Shown: positions 24,701 through 36,700 of the stretch, piece after piece
How positions within the stretch are numbered: position 1 is the stretch's first letter
Layout of the letters: each line of letters opens with the position of its first letter
Assembly (NCBI RefSeq): GCF_032191835.1
Contig: NC_083227.1
Coordinates: 113,274,001-113,338,000, forward strand
Source of the DNA: Heteronotia binoei
Lineage: Eukaryota
Direction: 5' to 3'
DNA length: 64,000 nt
Program-made: the position numbers and the translations under genes
The notes under the pieces: generated by a model
Seen by the model: only the letters and a program-made list of their open reading frames with translations
Told to the model about the DNA's origin: nothing
Database searches by the model: none

Positions 24701-27700
24701 GACAGACTGTTTAGGAGATAAGACACAGGAAGTGATCCGTGCAATTTGGCACCCAGATAAAAGATACTTCTGAGGGATAGCACTCTCTGCAGCTCTCTGA
24801 CAATCCTCTTTTTGCAGCCGTTACCAGGGATTGGCAGTTGTTTTTGGATAGTGGATTGTGGGGATGAAACAGTACCTGTAGATGAAAGGGGATACGTAGC
24901 TCCTCTCCCATTTCTGCAGCACCCCACTGCTGTCTCCACTGAAGAGCAGAATGGGCTCCTTCTTAGCTAGGGAAGACACATTGAGAAGGTCAGCCAAGGA
25001 CAGCATGGGCTTGGAGAATCAAGACAAAGGGATTATTCCACCCAAGACACATAAAATAAAGAGTGACTCTGGCCAGCAGCTGGCTCGGCCCTTGCCAAAT
25101 AAGCTTCTTCTGGCTTTCACTTACTACAGACATACCCCTCAGCTGATGGAGTTTATTACATCTCCCTCACCTGTCGAAGGATGGCATGGAGCTGATGCAA
25201 CGCTAGAGACATCCTTGGCCCCCTTACCATAAGCAAGGCACTCCACTGGGTGTTTGCAAGGTAGCACAATCAGGCACCCCAACTCACTGTAGCGCCAGAC
25301 CAACATTTGCTGGGGCTTTGCTGAACCTGAAAGAAAAAGGTAAAAGTCTTAGTGCCCATTGGAACCTTACAGTGGCGCGCAGAGCTAAGGTTAGAGTGCC
25401 CCTGATTACAGAGGTCAGGTGGGTTTGCAACCAGAGACAGAGCCTTTTTCAGTGGTGGCACCTCACCTCTGGAATGCCCCTCCCCTTGAGCTTTGCCTCC
25501 CCTATTCTTGCTTCTAATTCACAGTCAGAGGAATTTTCTAAAGGGTTTTCACAATCTGCTTCTAGCTGAGGACTGTTATGAAAGTCATTTAAGCAAACAG
25601 ATGTTTTATGTTCTCAGTTTTTTAATGTGTTTTTGTGCTTCTGGGGTTTTTATGCGCTTTTAAAGTATTTTTATTGTTTCTGGGTTTCATTAACTAGTTT
25701 TCTAATGAGTGTTAACTTTAATGATTTAATTTTAATGATTTTGTCTTTTGTCTTTTATTTTGTGGACCATCTTGAACAGGTCTTGAAAGGAGTTAGTGTC
25801 CAGCGGCAGCTTTATACCAACAAAGTTTTATTCAAGGTATGCGTTTTCATATGTTGTATGTGTGCACACAAAAGGTCATCATGCCTTGAATAAAACTTAG
25901 GTGCCACTGGACTAAAATTTTGATCTGCTGCTCAGACCAACACAGCTGCCCACCTAGGTCTTTGAAAAGTCAGTGTATGTATCCAGCAGTACATACATGA
26001 AATCTCCACCTAGCTGAATATAAATGTGTGACAATGATGACAACTAATTATATAGACTCATAAAACATGATAGAGTTTGGAACTGGTTTACACATGAGGC
26101 AAAGGAATGAGATGGCAAAGACCCAGTGCACAAGCACAGACGGCAGACATGGAGGATCATGAAAGGATCACATTTTGGAATATTCCCCCTAGTAAAAATC
26201 GATACAAACACCAAACCAGGACAGCAGTTCAAGAGACTAGAAGAATTTTTCTCCCTGATACACTGCTTTTGGACTTGCATGGAGGTTTCTTATGTAAAGA
26301 AATGTTCAAAGCAGCAGTCCACCACCTACAGTCTGCACTGGTACATTCAATTTTACTAGCTCAGGATTCTGCATTTTCACCTCCCTCCCCTGCATGTGAG
26401 ATCTAGATCTTAGTCTCTCATAAGTGCTAAAAGTTGCACCTAGTCTGGCTTGGAGGGTCTAAAAACATGTTACATTTCCTCATGTTCTCCCAGGTGCACA
26501 GGATCAGACATGTATTGTGAGATCCATACCAGAAATGTATGTTCATGTGCAGGCTGGGTTTGGATCTGGACTGTGGTGAATGATGAGAGAATGCTTAAGT
26601 ATCCACCCCCCATGCAATTTTCCTGACCTTAAACAGCTTCAGGGAGCCACTATGGGATCTTTCATGGAAATATGCATGGGCTACAAGGCCCCTGCCCACA
26701 AGTCCTGGGAACTGTTGGGGACAGACGCATTACTGATGCTGTAACTGCTCTCCCCCCTCACTACTCTAGGAATTTCCCCAATCTCTATGGTAAATTCTGT
26801 AGAAATTTGGTCAATTCCTAAAGCATGAGGTAGGAGCTGGGATGTTTCTCCCTCCTGAAATTTTGTTCTGCTTCTCACTGGATTGGGTACAGGCAACAGA
26901 TGACAGGGGCAATAATTCATTTACTGTGAGTGGGCATCCAGCAATCCTGTACATGTAGCCCAGCAATACAAGTGGTTTCCCCAGTGGGGCAAAGAGTGCC
27001 TACCAGAGGCTGCCTCAGGCTGGGAAACTGGCATGGGGGAAAGGCTTAAACACTGTAAAGTACTGGGGTTGGCGCAGTAAGAGACCAGAGTCGGAGAGTG
27101 ATTTCAGCAAGCTTTACTTCAGGAACACACACACAGACTGAACTCTATTCAAACTTCCCGCTCTTTTATACAATTCTTGCCCCCTTCTGATTGGTCCTTA
27201 ACTATCTACATGGATTGGCTATTTACAGGGCCCTAAGGGCCTATCAGGGTACAGTATGAGCCTAGATGTTGATTGGCTACTTATGTTTCAATCCTTCCCC
27301 TGATTGGGCACGCTTAGGCCTTCTCTGGAACCCTGGTGTGGAGTACAAGCTTTGGCTTGTTCAGCTTCCCTCCAAAAGTAACAGTTCCCTCCAAAAGTAA
27401 CAGTTCTCCCATTTAAGCCTAGGACACAACACCCCTCCCCCCATAGTTCCAGCTATCAGGTGACATAGTCCTGGAGATATGCCGGAGGGCGGCGGTCTCG
27501 TGTCGAGCGTCGGAGTTCCGAGGGGACTGGGCGTTCCAACTCGGTTGGTGGTTCCGCGGCTGCAGAGCTGGAGACATCTGGGACGGCGGCCCCGGGAGAC
27601 CTGGGTTCAGCTGCGCGGTCGGGGGTCTCCTCCTGCTGGGCAGAAGCGGGCTCCACGGAACCCTGTTCTGTGTCAGGCTCTCGGGGACTTACGTTGTCCG

Positions 27701-30700
27701 GATCTGGAGCCTCTGACCTTGGCTCCCCGACAGGCAGGCGACCTCGGAGTTGGTCGATGTGTCGCCTCAGGAGATGTCCACCCTCCAAGGTCACTGCATA
27801 GGAGACCGGTCCGGTGACGTGGTCCACCTTTCCAGGGAGCCAGGCAGGGCCAGTGGTGGCATAGTTCCGTGCCCACACTGTCTCACCTGGGTAGAACCCT
27901 CTGGGGGCTTTAAGGTGTTCCGGCGCCGGTCGCCTGTCTGGGGCTCGGTCAGGGTGCAGCTTGTCCAGCAGGGTGCAGATGCGACGGCCCATGAGGAGTT
28001 CTGCTGGACTGCGACCTGTGGAGGCGGTAGGTGTGGTCCGGTAGGCCATTAGGAAACACACCATGTCTTTTGGCCAGTCTGAGGGGCCCAGACAGTTCAA
28101 GGCCTCCTTTGCCGTGTGCACCATCTGCTCTGCCTGGCCATTGGTGGCTGGATGAAACGGGGCAGAGCGAATGTGCCTGATGAGGTTCTTGGCCAAGAAG
28201 TCCTGGAACATTGCGGACATGAATGCTGTGCCGTTGTCGGTGACGATGGTCTCCAGCAACCCGTGGGTTGCAAAGATGGCCCTCAGAGCCGTGATGGTCA
28301 CCTGTGATGATGGCGAGGGCACCTGGACCATCTCCAACCACTTGGAGTATGAATCCACTAGTATGAGTAGAGTCCGCCCATGGAAGGGGCCAGCAAAGTC
28401 CATATGCAGTCTTGACCAGGGGGTTTTGGTGGATTCCCATGATTGCACTGGGCCACGTGGGGGGTCAGGCCTTGACACCTGGCATGTCGGGCACCTTTTA
28501 ACCCAAGCCTCAATTTCTGCATCGAGGCCAGGCCACCAGACATAGCTCCGTGCGAGAGCCTTCATGCGGACTGTGCCCGGGTGTGCCTCGTGCAGGGCTC
28601 TCAGCACTTGGTCTTGCAAGGGTTTGGGGATGACGACTCTGTTGCCCCATAGTAGGCAGCCTTTGTGGGTGGATAGTTCGTCTTTCCGGGCTGCAAACGG
28701 AGTAAATTCCGGCCCAGTCGAGCCCTTGGGCCACCCCCTCCCCACCCAGTCCAAGACACGGGAGAGGACTGGATCACGAGCGGAGCGGGCAGCAATGTCG
28801 CGGGCGAGCAATGGCCTGTCCGGAAGCATGTCCATCAGTAGGATCTGATGAGCCGGGGCTGGATCGGGATCCACGTCAGGCAAGGGCAAGCGGCTCAGGG
28901 CGTCAGCATGGCCCATTGCCTTGCCCGGGCGATGCACTAGGGTGTAGGTGTAGCCGGCTAGAAAAATGGACCAACGGAGGACCCGTGGGGACAACACCTG
29001 AGGGGTCTGCCGGTCCGATGCAAAGAGGCCCAAGAGGGGTTTGTGGTCCGTATAGAGGGTAAAGGGCCGGCTGTAGATGTAATCATGAAATTTTTTGACG
29101 CCGGCCACAACTGCCAACCCTTCTTTGTCGATTTGGGCGTAGTTCCGCTCCGCTGACGAGAGGGTCCGCGAGTAGTACGTGATAGGGACTTCGGTCCCAT
29201 CAGGGAGTCGGTGGCCCAGAACTGCCCCCACGCCATAAGGGGATGCGTCGCATGCAAGGACCAAGGGTAGGGTCTCGTCGAAATGGGCAAGGACGGAGTT
29301 GGACATCAGGAGGCCCTTGATATCCTGGAAGGCTTTAGCGTGCTGGCGGCCCCATGCCCAGGGTCGGTTCTTGTCTAGAAGTCGGTGCAGGGGTTCGGCC
29401 ACCGCTGCCTTGTGGGGGAGAAAAGCATGATAAAAGTTTAGGAGGCCGAGGAAGGCCTGGAGTTCTTGCTTGTTGGTGGGCACTGGAGCATCTCTGATGG
29501 CACGCAGCTTGGCGTTGGAGGGGTGGACCCCCTGGGCATCGATGGAGAACCCCAGGAATTCCACCCGATCCACGCCCAGGAGGCACTTTTCCCGTTTGAC
29601 CTTGAGGCCGGCTGTTTCAAAACGTTGTAGGACTCCTCTAAGGCGGGCGGTGAATTCTTCAGGCGAGGCTGCCGCGATCAGCACATCATCGAAGAATGGA
29701 GTGACTCCGGGAAGTCCTTTTAAAAGAGAGTCCATGAGTTCCTGGAACAACCCCGGAGCCACACTCACGCCAAATTGCTACCGCTTTACTCTAAAGGCCC
29801 CCCGGTGGGTCACCATTGTTTGGGCGTTGGCCGTGGCCTCATCCACCGGCAGCTGTTGGTAAGCTTGGGCCAAGTCCAACTTACCAAAAAATTTTGCGCC
29901 GGCTAGGGTGGCTAAAATGTGGCTGACGATGGGCACAGGGTATGCGTGGGCCTGAAGAGCCTTGTTGAGGGTGCACTTATAGTCTGCGCAAATCCGCACC
30001 TCCCCACTGGGCTTGACTGGAGTCACGATGGGAGTTTCCCAGGTTGCGTGGGTGACAGGCTCTAGTATTCCCTGTGCAATCAGTTTATCCAGTTCCTCCT
30101 CAATTTTAGGCTTGAGCGCGAATGGAACTCGCCGCGCTTTAAGCCTAATAGGCCGCACTGTGGGGTCGAGGTGTAGTGTAACCGGGGGACCCGTGTAGCA
30201 GCCCAAGGTGCCATCGAAAACGGCCGGGAACTCTTCGCAAACCTTGTTAAAGTCCACTCCGACAGTCTTATTGACCACCCTGATCTCTATTCCCAGGGGC
30301 TTGAACCAGTCGAGACCCAAAAGGTTTGTAAGGTGGTTCTTGACCACTAGCACTTGTAGCTGGCCCTTGAACCCCTTGTATTGGACTGGGACCGGGCCCA
30401 CTCCCAAGATAGGCACCTTATTCTTCTGGAAGTCCACTAAGGTAAACCCCGGGTCCCTGAGACGAGGCCTCAGCCTGGTGGGAATTTGAAAAAATGTCTC
30501 TGCCGCTATAATAGATGATGCTGACCCAGAGTCCACCTCCATTTGGCAGGGCACCCCCCCGATCCCTACATTGACCCGGATTTTGGAGGGCCTGACTGGC
30601 GAGGGTAGGTACTGTACCGGGTATGGGTGGGCGTGGAGAGCGTCGGTCTCGAAGTCTGGCTGGCCTTCGGAGTGCGCAGATCTTTGCTGGACGCGTGCTC

Positions 30701-33700
30701 GGGATTTGGATCTGCAGGCGCAGGCGATGTGGCCTTCCTTGTTGCAGAGTCGACAGGTGGCATTCCGGAATCGGCAGGTCTTCCGCTTGTGCTGGCCCCC
30801 GCAACTTGCACATGCAGGTAGTGTCTTGTGTCTCATGCCCTGTGGGACATGGGTGGTCTTCCTTCCTGCTGAACGATAGCCGGTTTGTAGAACTTTGTCC
30901 TCGTCTGAGTCCTCTGTAGATGGTTCAGGGTTGATCTGGTGTGCCGCAGCCTGTCTTGTCAGCCGTGGCTCTGCTGATCTGCCCTTCTCCCAGCTGGTGG
31001 CCACATCGATTGCCTTTGTTAGGTCGCACTCGGAGAGGGACAGGAGTTTCTGTACTAGTTTTTCGTCCCTCAAGCCCCATACAAACTGGTCGAGAAGGGC
31101 TTCGTTGAGGTCTGCGAAACTGCATCGGCTTGCCACCCGGCGCAGGCTTGTCAAGAACGCCATCGTGGTTTCGCCTGCCTTCTGTGTCCTTTGTCGGAAG
31201 TCCCAGTGCCGGGTGAGCTTGGTTGGCTGGGGCTGGAAATACTTCTCCAGAGCGCTGATGATGTCGTCCACCGGCGTCTCTGAGAGCTTCCTGGGTTGGA
31301 GAAGAGCCCTGGCTAAGTCCACGGTCTCCGTGCCACACGTACTGATAAGCAGAGCTCTCTGCATGGTAGTCTCTGTAATCTTCCGGAAGGTCAGGTATGA
31401 CTGGAAGCCTTCGACCCACGAGTCCCACAGCTCGGGGCGATCGATGCTAAAGGGCTGTAGGAGGTTGGCTGGAGCCTCCATTCTCGGCAGCGTGTCTGGG
31501 CGGCTTGCGAGCTGGGGTGTGCGCAGAGCGGAGGTTCAGACCCAGATGGCTTGGATTTAGCCACCTTTCTGTGTTCCTGGTTCTGTTGCTGGTTCTTACT
31601 GGCATCCCATCCTCGTCGCCAGTGTAAAGTACTGGGGTTGGCGCAGTAAGAGACCAGAGTCGGAGAGTGATTTCAGCAAGCTTTACTTCAGGAACGCACA
31701 CACAGACTGAACTCTATTCAAACTTCCCGCTCTTTTATACAATTCTTGCCCCCTTCTGATTGGTCCTTAACTATCTACATGGATTGGCTATTTACAGGGC
31801 CCTAAGGGCCTATCAGGGTACAGTATGAGCCTAGATGTTGATTGGCTACTTATGTTTCAATCCTTCCCCTGATTGGGCACGCTTAGGCCTTCTCTGGAAC
31901 CCTGGTGTGGGGTACAAGCTTTGGCTTGTTCAGCTTCCCTCCAAAAGTAACAGTTCCCTCCAAAAGTAACAGTTCTCCCATTTAAGCCTAGGACACAACA
32001 AACACCATCTCCCCACCTTCTGTAGTCCCATTCTTAATCAGCCTATGTACCTTTTCCCCACACTGAGCTCTTATGTCCTTCCACTAAGCTCTTATGTCTC
32101 CTCACTACAGGAAAAGACATGGCCTATAGACAAGAAAGGACAGTGAATTCAGAGCCCAAACATTAGTGACTAGGAGACCAAGGCTGCCATCCTAAAGACG
32201 CTTTCCTGTGAGTCAGCACCACTGAATAACATAGAAGTTTCTTCTGAGTAAAGCTGCTTAAATGGTCTTGTACTGCAGATGCCAAAGGAGACCTCCTGCT
32301 GGGATCCTCACCAGTGGGATACTCACCAATTACATGCCTGGAGTCTGGTAGGCTGAGAAGCTGCTGAAGAACAAGCCCCTCTATCTGCTGGCCTCGAAAT
32401 GTGGATATGAATTGTGAAACCTGAAAAGAAGCCAGAACAGAGAATTCTGTTCAGGGTAGAAAGACGTAGCTTCTGTTCCTCCCTATACTTGCCATATACT
32501 GTGGAATTGTACACAACAGCCATCTCTACCAGGGAGTCAAGCAAAGGTCTAACGGAAAGGGGAAGCATCCCGATCCCATTGGCTTCCTACAATACATGAC
32601 AGAACTCTTGATGGAGCTGTGAACTACTGTTGTAATTGCAATGTAGAAAAATCACAGAAAATTCAGCAGAATTGCTAGCCATGCAAAAGTAATGAAATTC
32701 CATTTTAAGTATATTTAGGGGATAGCTTGGGGGACTAAGGCATATAGTATTGAAGCATCCATGCAGTAGGAGTAGTAACAAAAACAAAAGGGCATTTAAA
32801 AAAAAAATCAGACACTATGAATGGGAGAATACAGCTGGGGAAATTTTAAGAGACCAAATCTGGTCTTAATTCTATCTGATACATGGCAGTTAAGAAAATC
32901 AGAGTAATTTTTCAATATGAAATGGATGTATATGTTATTAAATTTTTGACAGATTGCTATATAGGTAAATTAGAACCAGTGAAGCATGAAGGCTATATCT
33001 CCATCTATATCTGGTACTATGTTCCAGAGACCTCCTCTTTATATAGTCAGCAGAATTATGGAGTAAAGTTTTTCTTTGACTGTACCACTTGCAGCTGCTA
33101 TTGGTAAGGGCTTGCATGTTTAAATTCTTCCCACTGAATTCTTATACTTACCTGCAGCCTCAAATGATATGGTCCTTGGCAAATTTTGCTATTAAATTCT
33201 ATTTAGTGTATAAATGAGGTGAGTGACAGGGTTCTGCTTGTAGGTCCCCTTATAGAAGAACTATGTATTATATTTAATTGTGTGATCATTTTAAATATTT
33301 ATTTTTTATTCGAAATAGCTGCCTTTTCAAAAAGTAGAATGAAACAGCAGGGTATGTTTGTGTGTGCTCTCTAACTCTCTTCTCTCCTGCTGTTTTTCTA
33401 CTGAAAAACACCAGCCTAGGCCACTGTAACCCATGCCAGGAAAAAAATATAGATGGGTTCCTACAGTGAACAATATGTCCAAGCCGTTGGTAATTCTTGT
33501 TTTTCTATATGACTGCCATTTTAGCAGGAAAGAAAACTGGTCAGTGCTAATATATATAATCTTAATACATACTTGAAATTAGGATCAAACTGAAAAACAA
33601 GCCAGTTTGACTGACTGACAATGCCTAGCACTGTATAAGGAAAAAAATCAGCTGGATGATCATCTTAGTTACCACCCAGAATGGTGCTGTCAAGTACAAG

Positions 33701-36700
33701 ATGGGAAGGAAGAAAGGAAAGACGAGCGTATCTTTCTGACATGTGTAATACTAAACCCCTTTCCTGACTCCAAAATTGTTTTGCGAAGTCACCCTTCTTC
33801 ACTGTCAAAACTCATTGAAATGACAGCAATAACCATACGATGCCAGCAGAGGGCTCCTTATAACAGCAAGTTCTCTATGGAGTAGAGATTTTGAGGTGGT
33901 CCATATCCATAGAGGGAAGCACCCTGCTGAGTCACTCACTATCTCCCCAGATTGGGGCTCATAGAGTGTGGGTTGAGATGTGCCACTGGCGATCCAGACA
34001 ATGCCAACAGTTGCCACATAGCACAGTGCCGTAATGTTACTGGTGAATGGGCCAAGGCGATGGATCAGCTGCCCATCCTGGGACCAGATTCCAACTGTCT
34101 GATCAAAAGAACCTGAGAGCATTCTGCAAAAGAGAACACAGAGCAGGGGTTCAGTGAAGTGGGAACCATCAGTGTAGTGGAGCAGGCAAGTATTCTATAA
34201 GTAGTAATTCAGTTTTCCAAGCTACACTTTTCCAAGCTACAATTGTCTTTCCAGTATACTGTAAAAAGCATTTCACCCTTTTCTATATATCATAAGGTCT
34301 CATGCACACTCTCCCATTCAGTTCCCTCCCTTTTCCCTGCCGTTTTCACTTCCTCTTTCCCATAAGTATCATCCTTCCCAAATCCTCTAGCCTCACATTT
34401 TTTTACAGTGCAATCGGAGCAATACAACCCATTCAAAAAAAGAGGCATTGGGGCAATTCCCCAAATGAACTGCTTCCAACACAGCACTTAATAGGCAAGA
34501 ATGGATGGCCAAATGGAAACAGGGTGTCTGCCTAGCACTTTTAAAGTGAGTTAAATGTGCATTCAGTGCATATATTGCAAAGGTCAATATGTCTACAGGC
34601 GACAATGAAGAGGAACCCCTGAATAATTAATGAATACCTCAATAATAATAATAATGGAAAATATGGTTGTGCCTTCAAAAGAGAATGTCTGATGCAACAT
34701 TTAGAGTGACAGTTAAGAGGCCCCTCAGAGGAGCTTCTGCTAAACTGTTAAAACCAGAGAGGCTAAGGGTGTGAATCCAAGATAACAGGGGCCCCGCAGA
34801 GAAGGAGCTTCTTGCTGATAACACAGAGGGACAGAGCAGGGGAAAACTACAAGAAATTACTGGAAGGAAAGCAGGAGGTGGAGCATTTGAATTAGATAAG
34901 AGGGGGCTTGTCTGCTTGTTTTGGGGATGAATAAAAATGGTCAGAAGGCTGATGATTTTAACAGTCATTTTGAGCTTATGCTGACAAGTTCTACTTTGAT
35001 GTCAAAGTAAAATACCTTGCTTCAAACCAAGCAATGTGTGGGGCTTCGTTATTTACCTGCTACAACAACAGTGTTAGTGCACACATTCTTCAGATACAGG
35101 ACCAATGCGGGCTATGTAGTTTGGATAAGTATTATTGAAACTTGTGATAGAAAAAAGCAGAACTTTCTTTTCCCAGTAAATGCTTTGACCACTTCTCCAT
35201 GAGTCTAGTTTTATACTAATATGAGTGGGCACAGCCTAGGGTGCAAGTCAGTATAATTTGTAACTATCTTTCTGCCTTGGAAACTCCCTTTCATGGGGTA
35301 CCTGTTGGTGACTAATTACTTGCTCTTCATTGATTCCTTGTCTTGGGGAAGGACACTCAGTTAGATACTTCCCCTCATCCAGACACCCCTTTCCAGATCC
35401 CCTTTCTGAGACTCCATCAATTCCACCTGTCCTTCATTTCCCACTGGGCTTGTACCGTGTGGTTTCTTGCTGGCGCACTAGCAGCAGATGGGTGATGGCT
35501 GCCTTGTGGGCATGTGAGATACAGTGCTTGGTTGTTAGGCCTTTCCTGCTCGGAGACTGGTATGTGTCAAAGATCAGCAGCCTCTTGTCATACCTGGGAA
35601 AGGAAATGGAGAACTGATCTACTTGAAGGAGATGCTGGTCTCAGTAGGTTGGATTTAAAACTCTTTCAGAAGTAGGACCATTATAAACGAGAGCTTTCAC
35701 TTGTAAAAGGGAATTGCGTATCCCTCCAGTTTGCAAGAAAGCCACATGACTCACTGCATTGTACCTCAAAGTCACTTGGTGAGCCTCATTACTGTAGCAT
35801 TTCACAGAGTTGTCATTCTCTTCTAGTGCTCTTCAGTGCTTTGGTAATGCTCTGCATGACGCAAGTGGATAAAAACAGCAGAACTAACAAAGCAGCAACA
35901 TCAGCTGGTGTCTAGCCAATGGCAGTACCTCTCACTGGCATTTGAGAGAGAGCTAGTGTTTGAAGCCTATGTGCAGATGAAAATCAAAGTCTTCACCCTC
36001 ACCCCCGAACTCACCCTGCAGTATATATATTGTTGTCTAAACAGGCAATGCAGGACACGATATCTGTGTGGGTCTGGTCTGAAAAGCCCTGGCTCAGGTT
36101 GACTGCATGCCCAGACTCTCTCCTTTCATCCAAGGGGAAGGCCACCAGACGTCCCTTGCTCCCACACAGCAGTAGGTGGCGAGCCAGGCTGATTGCCAAG
36201 GTAAAGATGGGGTAGCCTAGCTGGAGAGAAAGGGCTCCGCTGAAGAACAGCAAAAGTGTACATAAAGCAGGGAGTTCAAGGAACCAGGGATGGGTAATGT
36301 TGCCACAACAAAACCTAGCCAAGCAATGGCAGACTGGCCAGGGTGTCAGCTTGCCCAATGGCAAGTAGGCCCTGTGGGCCCCTGATGAAGTGGGCCCCCT
36401 TAAACAATATGTTAAAAATGTTAATTACCTTTTAGTAGCTTGAAAATATAATAGATGTTCCAATATTATTACTGTAATGCAACTAAAATTTATTTTGCAT
36501 TACTATTTTAATGTATTTTTTTAATAAAATCATTTTTCAAGGATACCTCTGTATTTCTCTTCTGCACTTTCCCTTTCCTCTGTAGTTTCCCTTCTACCTT
36601 CAAGTTTCCTTGCCCCCAGAGGCAGGTCCCCTCCCCCCCACACAGACAGAGGCATGAAACAAAAAGTTCTGCCAAGAGATGGTCTAGCTGGTCTAGCAAA

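Noticed and set aside
27364-27405. Repeated 19-bp unit TTCCCTCCAAAAGTAACAG as a CRISPR-like array
   Set aside because: It is a two-copy tandem duplication inside each LTR with no spacers, in a vertebrate genome.
29778-29786. Programmed stop-codon read-through in the Gypsy ORF
   Set aside because: The TAG lies inside the RT domain at a conserved Leu, not at a gag/pol boundary. A point mutation or base-call error is simpler.
27479-31560. Many overlapping ORFs of 60-220 aa on both strands within the Gypsy element
   Set aside because: Shadow frames of a GC-rich coding region with no independent motifs.
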